Of a stretch of 53,825 bases of DNA, positions 1-8,932 are shown one piece after another; position 1 is the stretch's first letter; each line of letters opens with the position of its first letter. Below the pieces are notes generated by a model. It made no database searches, was not told the DNA's origin, and was given only the letters and a program-made list of their open reading frames with translations. The translations under genes and the position numbers were made by a program. Origin of the DNA: an uncultured Rhodospirillaceae bacterium (lineage in GTDB: Bacteria > Pseudomonadota > Alphaproteobacteria > GCA-2731375); contig CAZDQC010000002.1 of NCBI GenBank assembly GCA_964507245.1, positions 2,285-56,109 of the forward strand, given 5' to 3'.

Positions 1-2235
1 GGCGAACTGGCCTATCGCCAGCGGGGCGAGGATCATGCCTGGACGCCGGAAACCGTCGCCTTACTTCAACACGCTGTTCGTGCCGGCGACCATGCTAAAT
101 ACCAGGCCTATTCCCGGCGTATGAACGAGCAGGACAAGAAGTTGAAAAATCTACGTGGCCTGTTCGAGTTCAAGTTCGCTGAAGAACCCGTCCCCTTGGA
201 AGAAGTGGAAGCGGTTACGGAAATCTTCAAGCGCTTTGCCACGGGCGCGATGTCCTTCGGCTCCATCAGTTGGGAGGCGCATACCAATCTGGCGATCGCC
301 ATGAACCGTATTGGTGGCAAGTCGAACAGTGGTGAGGGTGGTGAGGAGGCCGAACGATATCGTATTTTAGAAAATGGCGATAGCATGCGTTCGGGCATCA
401 AACAGGTTGCCTCTGGCCGTTTTGGCGTGATGGCGGAATATCTGGTAAACGCCTCCGACATTCAGATCAAAATGGCTCAGGGGGCAAAGCCCGGTGAAGG
501 GGGGCAATTGCCAGGCCATAAGGTGGATGAATGGATTGCCCGAGTGCGTCATTCAACGCCTGGCGTAGGTTTGATTTCGCCGCCGCCTCACCATGACATA
601 TATTCCATTGAGGATCTGGCGCAACTAATTCATGACCTAAAGAACGTCAATCCGGCAGCACGAATTTCTGTCAAACTGGTCTCTGAACTGGGCGTGGGAA
701 CGGTCGCAGCCGGCGTTTCCAAGGCGCATGCGGATCATGTGACTATTTCCGGCTATGAAGGCGGTACGGGCGCTTCTCCCATTACGTCAATCCAAAGTGC
801 TGGCAGTCCTTGGGAAATCGGATTGGCCGAAACCCATCAGACGCTGGTCATGAACCGCCTGCGCGGCCGCATTGCGGTGCAGGTGGACGGCGGCTTGCGC
901 ACGGGTCGTGACGTGGTGATAGGTGCTATGTTGGGCGCCGACGAATTTGGCATCGCCACTGCGGCCTTGATTTCTCAAGGCTGTATCATGATGCGCAAAT
1001 GTCATCTGAACACGTGCCCTGTTGGTGTTGCGACCCAGGATCCGGAATTGCGCAAGCTGTTCCCGGGCACACCGGAGCATGTCATCAATTTCTTCACATA
1101 TGTAGCGGAGGAAATCCGGGAACTTATGGCTAAACTGGGTTATCGCAGGTTCGACGAGATGATTGGTCAGAGGGACCGCCTAGAAATTCGCACAGCGGTT
1201 GATCATTGGAAAGCCAAAGGCTTGGACTTGACCCCATTGCTTCATAAACCTGACGCCGGACCAGAGGTAGCCATCTACAACTGCGAGGATCAGGACCACG
1301 GTCTTGATAAGGCTCTGGACCATCAGCTAATCGAACTAGCAGAACCGTCTATTGAACGTTGCGATCCTGTCAAAATTGACCTGCCGATACAGAACACGAA
1401 CCGTACAGTGGGCGCCATGTTGTCGGGCCGGATTGCCCAGCGCTACGGCAAAGCAGGACTTGATGACGACACCGTTCATGCCAAATTTACCGGAAGCGCG
1501 GGGCAAAGCTTTGGCGCTTTTCTCTCGGCTGGAGTTACCTTCGAATTAGAAGGGGACGCGAACGATTACGTTGGTAAGGGGCTGTCCGGTGGCCGACTTG
1601 TAATTTATCCCCCCAAAGTCTCTGCCATCAAACCGGAGGAAAATATTATAATTGGTAATACCGTTCTTTATGGTGGCATTGATGGCGAATGTTATTTCCG
1701 TGGCGTAGCCGGTGAGCGGTTCGCTGTTCGGAATTCGGGTGTCACTGCAGTGGTCGAAGGCGTGGGCGATCATGGTTGCGAGTATATGACGGGTGGCGTC
1801 GTCGTTGTCCTGGGAAACACAGGCCGCAACTTTGCTGCCGGGATGAGTGGCGGAATTGCTTATGTGTTAGATGACAGCCACGATTTCCATTTGCGATGTA
1901 ACATGGCCATGGTGGAACTGGAACCCATCGCGGACGAGGACATGGTCATGGAGAACCAAGGCCATCAAGGCGGGGATCTGGAGACGCATGGTCGGGTCGA
2001 TCTGATACATGACATGACCCGTTATGACGCCCAGCGCCTGCGCGGTCTGATCGAGAACCACATGCGTTATACCGGCAGCGAACTGGCGCGCGAAATTTTG
2101 CACAATTGGGATGATCAATTGCCGCGTTTCGTCAAGGTGATGCCAGTGGATTACCGCCGTGCTTTACAGGAGATGCAGGCGAGGACACAGCCCGTGTCCC
2201 GATCCAACGAAATAGTGGCGGTCGCAGGTGAGTAA
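1..2235 (+). CDS. gltB: Glutamate synthase large subunit (5'-truncated by window edge)
   Basis: Frame is open from base 1 ([17 protein letters not shown]...). Motifs [28 protein letters not shown], [3Fe-4S] [16 protein letters not shown], and C-terminal GXGXG beta-helix repeats. Confidence 0.98.
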   Translation, partial: GELAYRQRGEDHAWTPETVALLQHAVRAGDHAKYQAYSRRMNEQDKKLKNLRGLFEFKFAEEPVPLEEVEAVTEIFKRFATGAMSFGSISWEAHTNLAIAMNRIGGKSNSGEGGEEAERYRILENGDSMRSGIKQVASGRFGVMAEYLVNASDIQIKMAQGAKPGEGGQLPGHKVDEWIARVRHSTPGVGLISPPPHHDIYSIEDLAQLIHDLKNVNPAARISVKLVSELGVGTVAAGVSKAHADHVTISGYEGGTGASPITSIQSAGSPWEIGLAETHQTLVMNRLRGRIAVQVDGGLRTGRDVVIGAMLGADEFGIATAALISQGCIMMRKCHLNTCPVGVATQDPELRKLFPGTPEHVINFFTYVAEEIRELMAKLGYRRFDEMIGQRDRLEIRTAVDHWKAKGLDLTPLLHKPDAGPEVAIYNCEDQDHGLDKALDHQLIELAEPSIERCDPVKIDLPIQNTNRTVGAMLSGRIAQRYGKAGLDDDTVHAKFTGSAGQSFGAFLSAGVTFELEGDANDYVGKGLSGGRLVIYPPKVSAIKPEENIIIGNTVLYGGIDGECYFRGVAGERFAVRNSGVTAVVEGVGDHGCEYMTGGVVVVLGNTGRNFAAGMSGGIAYVLDDSHDFHLRCNMAMVELEPIADEDMVMENQGHQGGDLETHGRVDLIHDMTRYDAQRLRGLIENHMRYTGSELAREILHNWDDQLPRFVKVMPVDYRRALQEMQARTQPVSRSNEIVAVAGE

Positions 2236-2240
2236 GCAGT

Positions 2241-3683
2241 ATGGGTAAACCAACAGGCTTCATAGAGATCGCCCGACGTGAACAGTCGTACGCGCCCGAA
2301 AAGGAACGTTTGAAGCACTATGATGAATTCACGGTCTCTCTGAGTGATCCAGAGGTCCGGCAGCAGGGTGCCCGTTGCATGGATTGCGGTATTCCTTACT
2401 GTCATGACGGTTGCCCAATAAACAATATTATTCCGGAATGGAATGATCTCGTCTATCAGGGTGAATGGCGCGAGGCCTTGCGTATCCTGCATTCGACTAA
2501 CAACTTTCCGGAATTCACCGGCCGCATCTGCCCCGCCCCTTGCGAGGCGGCCTGTACTCTGAACATTACCGACCAACCTGTGACTATCAAGACCATCGAG
2601 GTATCCATTGTTGAGAAAGGCTGGCAAGAGGGTTGGATTGTCCCCCGCATTGCCAAACGGCGCACGGGCAAGATCGTAGCGGTAGTGGGTTCAGGCCCCG
2701 CCGGAATGGCCTGTTCTCAGCAATTGGCCCGGGCAGGGCACAGCGTGGTGCTATACGAAAAGAACGCCCGCATCGGTGGTTTGATGCGTTATGGCATTCC
2801 AGATTTTAAGATGGAGAAGCACTTTATCGACCGGCGCATGGCGCAAATGCGTGCTGAGGGCGTAGAGTTTCGTCCCAACAGCCATATTGGCATCACCATT
2901 CCTATCGAGGAAATTCAGGAGAAATTCGACGCCGTGGTGTTGACTGGTGGCGCGGAACATCCCCGCGACATGCCCGTGCCGGGGCGGGAATTGCCTGGAG
3001 TGCACTTTGCTATGGAATTCCTGACCCAGCAGAACCGGCGCCTGAATAGCGAACCTCTGGGCGAAGGCCCTGAAATCATGGCCAGCGGAAAACATGTGGT
3101 AGTGATTGGCGGCGGCGACACGGGCTCGGATTGTGTGGGCACGTCCAACCGCCATGGCGCGGCCTCGGTCACCCAGTTGGAGATCCTGCCCAAGCCACCT
3201 GAAAGGGAGGACAAGGCTTTGACCTGGCCAGATTGGCCCCTAAAGCTGCGCACATCTTCCTCTCATGACGAAGGTTGCGAGCGGGATTGGTCCATCTTGA
3301 CCAAGAAAATTAATGAGAGGAATGGTAAGATTGAAGCCCTGGAACTGGTCCGTGTCACTTGGAGCCAGGATCAAAATGGCGTCATGACCATGAACGAGGT
3401 GCCTGGGAGCGCCTTCGAGCTAAAAGCAGACCTGGTTCTCCTCGCCATGGGCTTCGTGCACCCGGTAAAGACCGGCATGCTAGAGGACCTGGGCGTAGAG
3501 CTGGATAGGCGCGGAAACGTCAAGGCAGACACGGTCGACTACGCTACCTCAATCCCGGGCGTTTGGTCGGCCGGCGATATGCGCCGGGGCCAGTCCCTGG
3601 TGGTCTGGGCGATACGAGAAGGCCGTCAATGCGCCCGCGCAGTGGATCAAGCCCTGATGGGCAGCAGTATACTGCCGCGTTGA
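2241..3683 (+). CDS. gltD: Glutamate synthase small subunit
   Basis: MGKPTGF start, [10 protein letters not shown] and [12 protein letters not shown] Fe-S motifs, GSGPAG and GGGDTGSDC nucleotide-binding motifs; 5 nt after gltB. Confidence 0.98.
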   Translation: MGKPTGFIEIARREQSYAPEKERLKHYDEFTVSLSDPEVRQQGARCMDCGIPYCHDGCPINNIIPEWNDLVYQGEWREALRILHSTNNFPEFTGRICPAPCEAACTLNITDQPVTIKTIEVSIVEKGWQEGWIVPRIAKRRTGKIVAVVGSGPAGMACSQQLARAGHSVVLYEKNARIGGLMRYGIPDFKMEKHFIDRRMAQMRAEGVEFRPNSHIGITIPIEEIQEKFDAVVLTGGAEHPRDMPVPGRELPGVHFAMEFLTQQNRRLNSEPLGEGPEIMASGKHVVVIGGGDTGSDCVGTSNRHGAASVTQLEILPKPPEREDKALTWPDWPLKLRTSSSHDEGCERDWSILTKKINERNGKIEALELVRVTWSQDQNGVMTMNEVPGSAFELKADLVLLAMGFVHPVKTGMLEDLGVELDRRGNVKADTVDYATSIPGVWSAGDMRRGQSLVVWAIREGRQCARAVDQALMGSSILPR

Positions 3684-3693
3684 CGCCGCTACT

Positions 3694-4578
3694 TTGAGCC
3701 AGGGGCAAGCCACGACCCGACAATCGGACTCTTTTGGTGCCTTGATTTGGATGCTAGGTGCCGTCGCCTCCTTTTCTACCATGGCTGTGGCGGGGCGCGA
3801 GGTGCTCAAGGAGCTGGACGTCTATCAGTTGATGTTTTTTCGCAGTGCTATTGGTTTGGTCCTGATCGTTGCCTTTGGCATGTTGAGCAGAGGCGGTTTT
3901 AGGCAATTTCGCACGCGGCGCCTCAAAGTACATTTTGTGCGCAACATGGTACATCTGGTGGGTCAGTTCAGTTGGTTTTTCGCTCTGGGTTTGATCCCCC
4001 TAGCGCAGTTGGTTGCCCTAGAATTTACCACGCCACTATGGATCGCCGGATTGGCGCCAATTTTCCTACGCGAACGGTTGACGAAAATGAGACTGGCGGC
4101 GGTTATGCTCGGCTTCTCGGGCGTCCTGGTTGTCCTCCGCCCTGGTCTGGAGGCAGTGAATGTAGGTTCGGTCGTCATGCTGGTCGGTGCCGTGGGATTT
4201 GCCGGCTCCATGATGTTCACCAAACACTTGGCGCCAACAGAACGGCCCCTGACGATACTTTTCTATATGGCATTAATGCAGACGCCGGTTGGTTTGTTGC
4301 TAGCCATTAACGGGTTGCATTGGCCTGAATTGGTTACGGGTCTGTGGCTTGTGCTGGTGGGCATCCTGGGTTTCACAGCGCATTTTTGCATTGCCCGGGC
4401 CCTGAGCCTGGCCGATGCCATCGTCGTAGCACCCATGGACTTCCTTCGTCTGCCCTTGATCGCTACCATAGGTCTCATACTTTACAGTGAACCCTTAGAA
4501 ATATGGGTTTTATTGGGTGGTGGACTGGTGTTGCTAGGCAACTACGGCAATCTGATGGCTGAACGGCGGGCAGGCTAG
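3694..4578 (+). CDS. DMT/EamA family transporter
   Basis: About 10 hydrophobic segments; FTTPLW...LRER and GVLVVLRPG EamA motifs. TTG start uncertain. Confidence 0.88.
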   Translation: MSQGQATTRQSDSFGALIWMLGAVASFSTMAVAGREVLKELDVYQLMFFRSAIGLVLIVAFGMLSRGGFRQFRTRRLKVHFVRNMVHLVGQFSWFFALGLIPLAQLVALEFTTPLWIAGLAPIFLRERLTKMRLAAVMLGFSGVLVVLRPGLEAVNVGSVVMLVGAVGFAGSMMFTKHLAPTERPLTILFYMALMQTPVGLLLAINGLHWPELVTGLWLVLVGILGFTAHFCIARALSLADAIVVAPMDFLRLPLIATIGLILYSEPLEIWVLLGGGLVLLGNYGNLMAERRAG

Positions 4579-5462
4579 AGCCTGAGTCCAAGATTTTGCA
4601 AAGCCGACCGGATACGCTGTTGTTGCTCCGGGCCTGCTGGCGGCATGGGCTGTCGGGGCAGGCCAGAAGGAACACCTTGGAGATTTTGTGCGAATTTTGT
4701 GGCTGCTGGCAGGTTGTCGTGGGGCATCAAGGCGTTCCACAATCGGAGCAGTTTTAGATGCAGTTCGTGGGCCACGGTATGATCACCTGCCTGGACTGCA
4801 TCCCACAATTGGACCGAATGGCGCGGCGCCGCAGTCAAAATAGCGGCAATGGCGCCATGGGCGCCCAGGGTGTAGGAAGGATACATCAAGGCATCCACGG
4901 CGCTGAATATCAGCTTCCCAGAGGGCACATCCGCCATTAAATCGGCAAAAAGTTTCAAATCACCCGCGGATTGCTTTACGCCAATAACCTGGGGCACTTC
5001 GGTCATAATTCGGATCAGTAGTTCCGGAGACAAATAGGTCCAGGGCACAACGTTGTAGATTATGATTTTCTGGCCCGTCTCACCAACCATGGTCCGAAAA
5101 TGCTCCACCATCGCGTCATCGGTGGGGCGAAAGAGGTAATGCACCGGTGTCACTTGCAAGGCAGCTGGACCCAAATCGGTGACCATTTTTCCTCGGCGTA
5201 CTGCTTCTCGGGTGCTGTCGCATATAATGCCTGCGATAATTGGTGTGCGGCCCGAGGCGGTATCGATCGCGGCGGCGACCAGGTCCCGTCCTTCCTCAGC
5301 TGTCAGAGTATGGCCTTCGCCTGTGGAGCCGCCCACTGCGATTCCCCTGGCCCCCTCGTTGATCAACCAGTCGATCTGTTTTGCGGCGCCGTCAAAATCG
5401 ATATCGCCGGTTTCATCAAAAGGTGTCGTGGATGGCGGGATGACGCCGAAAAGTTCGGGCAT
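4575..5462 (-). CDS. Dihydrodipicolinate synthase/N-acetylneuraminate lyase family aldolase or dehydratase (not assigned as dapA)
   Basis: TTPF, GGSTGE, IIYNV (Tyr) and GVKQS (Schiff-base Lys). Start placed at the ATG after AAGGAA. Confidence 0.88.
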   Translation of the reverse strand: MPELFGVIPPSTTPFDETGDIDFDGAAKQIDWLINEGARGIAVGGSTGEGHTLTAEEGRDLVAAAIDTASGRTPIIAGIICDSTREAVRRGKMVTDLGPAALQVTPVHYLFRPTDDAMVEHFRTMVGETGQKIIIYNVVPWTYLSPELLIRIMTEVPQVIGVKQSAGDLKLFADLMADVPSGKLIFSAVDALMYPSYTLGAHGAIAAILTAAPRHSVQLWDAVQAGDHTVAHELHLKLLRLWNALMPHDNLPAATKFAQNLQGVPSGLPRQPMPPAGPEQQQRIRSALQNLGLRL

Positions 5463-5472
5463 GGTATGTTCC

Positions 5473-6372
5473 TTAAATTCCAATCAAATTTCGCAATTTG
5501 GTCTCTCCTGGCATATCGGGAGTGCCGAGAAAAACCAGCCGGTCTTCGCCCTCAAGGTCCATGGCTTGAGTGAGTTCATGGCGCCGCCCCACAAGTTGAA
5601 AAATCCAACGCCCCGATTTTTGGCGAAAACGAACAATTCCTTTTGAACGCAAAACGGATTTTGGCAGGGTTGCAATGGCTTCCATAAATCTGACCTCATC
5701 CATCGGCTCCCTCAAAAGCAGGGATACGGAGCTGAAGGCACCCTCGTGGCCATGGTGATGATCCGGCCCCCCGGCAGATGCGCGCTTTCCTGTACCTAAC
5801 AGCAATTCCGTAGGCACCTGGGCTTGGCGAGCTTGAATTATCGCTGCTTCTGGCACCTGTTTCGCCAGCCATTGTATGACCTCATTCCGATCATAGTCGT
5901 CCAGCAAATCGCATTTATTCAGGACTATCAAATCGGCGGCAGCAAGTTGCCGCAAAACAGTATCACCCACATACTGATCACCAGCCCTTTCCTCGATCAA
6001 CTCCGCGTCTGCCAGAACTATCACTGCGTCCGGGGTCAAATCATTGTGCAATACGGCGATATTGGTAATGGGCTGGGGGTCAGCGACGCCGCTGGCTTCG
6101 ACGAGGATGTGTTCAGGTGGGTCCTCTTGACGCACCAGTTTCATCAATGTCAGGAATAGATCGTCACCCATGGTGCAGCAGATGCAGCCGTTGGCCAGTT
6201 CTACAGTTTCACCCTCGTGATCCGCCAGCAGGTCACCATCTACTGCTAGGTCACCAAAATCATTAACCACAACAGCAAAACGCAGGCCCGTTCTTTGGGC
6301 CAGCAAGTTGTTCAACAATGTTGTCTTTCCCGCGCCCAGGAAACCTCCAATCACTGTTAACGGGACCGCCAT
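5473..6372 (-). CDS. CobW/COG0523 (G3E) P-loop GTPase metallochaperone
   Basis: GFLGAGKTT, VVNDFG, NGCICC, EASG, NKCD, a short His patch (DHHHGH) and the CobW C-terminal RSKG motif. Confidence 0.95.
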   Translation of the reverse strand: MAVPLTVIGGFLGAGKTTLLNNLLAQRTGLRFAVVVNDFGDLAVDGDLLADHEGETVELANGCICCTMGDDLFLTLMKLVRQEDPPEHILVEASGVADPQPITNIAVLHNDLTPDAVIVLADAELIEERAGDQYVGDTVLRQLAAADLIVLNKCDLLDDYDRNEVIQWLAKQVPEAAIIQARQAQVPTELLLGTGKRASAGGPDHHHGHEGAFSSVSLLLREPMDEVRFMEAIATLPKSVLRSKGIVRFRQKSGRWIFQLVGRRHELTQAMDLEGEDRLVFLGTPDMPGETKLRNLIGI

Positions 6373-8016
6373 TCAGTCCTCATCCCGGGCGGAGAAAATT
6401 CTTCCTCCCAACACTGTTCCCCACACGGGAATATCTTTTAGATCTACCGGTGCGATGGCAGTTGGGTCATCTTCCAACACGGCAAAATCCGCTCGCTTGC
6501 CCACTTCGATGCTGCCGATTTCCTGGTCCATCTTCAGGCTGTAGGCGGCACCTAGGGTGATCGCACTCAGGGCATCGGCGACGGTTATGCGTTCGTTTGG
6601 GCCTAGCAGATAGCCGGAAGCAGTCAACCGATTGACCGCGCACCAAGCGGTGAACAACGGACCAAGTGGCGTGACCGGGGCGTCGGAATGTATGGCGAAG
6701 GGTACGCCTAGGCGGATGGCCGTGGCCGCCGCATTGGCGCGTCTTGCCCGGTCGGGCCCCATGGTCTGTGTGCGATGTTCATCGCCCCAGAAATAGATGT
6801 GATTGGAGAAAACATTGACACCGATCCCCAAGGCCGCCATGCGGCGATACTGGCTTTCATCCGCCATCTGGCAATGCTGGAGCGTATGCCGGTGGTCACG
6901 GCGCGGTGTCTTGGCCAAGGCAGCTTCGATCGCATTTATGGTCACCTCGGACGCTTCATCACCATTGGTATGAATATGAACCTGGTATCCGGCATCGTGG
7001 TAGGCCTGAACCGTGGTGTAAATCTGATCCGGGCTCATGTTCCAGATACCATTGGGGGCGCCATTGTAATAGCCGGGCCAGCGCAGACGCCCGGTCATCC
7101 CCTGGATGGAACCATCCGTCATTAATTTAACCAGGCCGAAACGTAGTTTATCGTTGTTCAATTTTACCAGTTCAGCCATGCGGGCCACGCCCTGATCGGT
7201 CGGTACGCTGATACCGGCAAAGGCCGGAGCAATACGAAAGCGAAAATCATCATCATTCGTCCAAGTCACAAGGTTTCGTACGAATTCTTCCGACAAACTA
7301 TTGTGCAAATCTGTTGCGGTGGTGACACCGGTCTGACAAGCAAGCCGACCGAAGTTTTCCAACGACAGCTTTTCGGATGCCTCGGTGTTGTAATCCAGAC
7401 CAATTGCATTCAGGGCCATAGATTTAGCTGCCGTTTCTTGCAGTTCACCCGTCGGTTCGCCATAGACGTCCTTGGCGATGCCGTCGATGTTTATAGCAGA
7501 CGTAATGTTCGCCGCTGCCAAAACTGAGCGGGATACGTTCAACAAATGTCCGTTGGAATGCAGGACAACAACGTGGCGCGTGGTAGAAACTTTGTCTAGG
7601 TCACGGAGGTCCATGCGTCGACCGCCAAAATAAATGGGGTCAAAACCCCAAGCGACCAAGGGCGTATCGTCGTCCGGCATCGCAGCTTCGATCTTGACCA
7701 GTTTTTCAGATACGGCGTCAATGCTTTCAAGGCCTTCATAGACCTTGCCGTCAGGCCCCACACGTGGATGATATCCCAAATAGTGGTAACGCCAGATACT
7801 GCCCTGCCACAGATGGCAATGACCTTCGACAAGGCCAGGCATAAGCACCTTGTCAACGAAACGATCATTGATCACATAGTCACCCCAGCCGGTGACGTCG
7901 TCGAGGGAGCCTACCCCAAGAATACGGCCGTCCCGTACCGCGACATGAGTCGCCACGGCCTGATAGCTATTCATGGTGATAATTTTGCTCGCAGGAAAAA
8001 TTGTAATGTCGGACAC
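6373..8016 (-). CDS. Amidohydrolase 3 (YtcJ-like) metal-dependent hydrolase
   Basis: PGLVEGHCH, KLMTDGS, IHTNGD, QHCQ, HSDAPV, GSIEVGKRADF. GTG start chosen after AGGAG. Confidence 0.92.
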   Translation of the reverse strand: MSDITIFPASKIITMNSYQAVATHVAVRDGRILGVGSLDDVTGWGDYVINDRFVDKVLMPGLVEGHCHLWQGSIWRYHYLGYHPRVGPDGKVYEGLESIDAVSEKLVKIEAAMPDDDTPLVAWGFDPIYFGGRRMDLRDLDKVSTTRHVVVLHSNGHLLNVSRSVLAAANITSAINIDGIAKDVYGEPTGELQETAAKSMALNAIGLDYNTEASEKLSLENFGRLACQTGVTTATDLHNSLSEEFVRNLVTWTNDDDFRFRIAPAFAGISVPTDQGVARMAELVKLNNDKLRFGLVKLMTDGSIQGMTGRLRWPGYYNGAPNGIWNMSPDQIYTTVQAYHDAGYQVHIHTNGDEASEVTINAIEAALAKTPRRDHRHTLQHCQMADESQYRRMAALGIGVNVFSNHIYFWGDEHRTQTMGPDRARRANAAATAIRLGVPFAIHSDAPVTPLGPLFTAWCAVNRLTASGYLLGPNERITVADALSAITLGAAYSLKMDQEIGSIEVGKRADFAVLEDDPTAIAPVDLKDIPVWGTVLGGRIFSARDED

Positions 8017-8027
8017 AGGCGAAACTC

Positions 8028-8864
8028 CTAACCGTGCCAGGGCTGTAACAAAATCCATAACATTTCTACGGCGCGCAGCCAGTCATCCAGGGCCCGTTGG
8101 CGCGGCTCAAGGATAAGGGCATCGACGCCGGAGGTGGCATACCCATCCGCCATTTCCTTCAAAGCATTCGGGTCATCCTCCAACGGGTCCCAGAAAAGGC
8201 GCATTGAAACAACAAAATCCTTGCCGCGGGCCGCTCGAAGGTCCTCAATAATGGGGTTAATCTGATCCGTCGGCACGCGGGTGCCATGCCAACCGTCGCC
8301 CAGAGCTTTGGCTCGGCGCAAGGCCGGTTTGGAATTGCCGCCGACCCAGATGGGGATCTTGCGTTCCGGTTGCGGTAAGGCACGAATGCCATCCAGGGCT
8401 GCGGTCACAGTGGTAGGTTGATAGGAGATGGGGTCTTCGCCCCAGCAGGCCCGAAGGATGTTGATGATATCGTCAGTCCGGGCGCCCCGATCATGGAAGG
8501 GTACGCCCATGGCGTCGAATTCTGCTTCCATCCAGCCGACGCCGGTGCCCAGGATCAACCGTCCGTCGCTCAATAAATCTAGGGTCGCGAGCTCCTTAGC
8601 TAGGTGCGCTGGAATGCGTAAAGGCAATACCAAAACCGAAGTTCCTAGTTCCACTCGGCTTGTAGCCGCCGCCGCCCAGGTCAAAGTGATCAACGGCTCA
8701 TAAAAACTTTTCGAAGGCGGATAGGGGGCATCATGTGGAATCGCTAGATGATCATTAACCCAGATATTGTCATAGCCCAAATCCTCAGCCTGGCGGGCGC
8801 CGCGACGCACGGCTTCGGGCCCTGCCTTGCGACCGATTTGGGGAATGTGAATGCCCAATTTCAT
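8028..8864 (-). CDS. LLM-class (luciferase-like) oxidoreductase, Rv2161c-like, possibly F420-dependent
   Basis: AEDLGYDNIWVNDH, LGTSVLVLP, LAKELATLDLLSDGRL-LG-GVGW-EAEF, IPIWVGG, GDGW. Confidence 0.88.
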   Translation of the reverse strand: MKLGIHIPQIGRKAGPEAVRRGARQAEDLGYDNIWVNDHLAIPHDAPYPPSKSFYEPLITLTWAAAATSRVELGTSVLVLPLRIPAHLAKELATLDLLSDGRLILGTGVGWMEAEFDAMGVPFHDRGARTDDIINILRACWGEDPISYQPTTVTAALDGIRALPQPERKIPIWVGGNSKPALRRAKALGDGWHGTRVPTDQINPIIEDLRAARGKDFVVSMRLFWDPLEDDPNALKEMADGYATSGVDALILEPRQRALDDWLRAVEMLWILLQPWHG

Positions 8865-8932
8865 GATGCAATCCTTCTTGTGCTACGGGGGCGAGGCTGT
8901 TGTAATCTTCCGAGTATAGGAGAAATGGCGCT

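Noticed and set aside
4575-5462. Calling the aldolase dapA
   Set aside because: It has GGSTGE and YNVVPW rather than GTTGE and YNVPxRT, so the conserved DapA Arg is missing; the context is catabolic.
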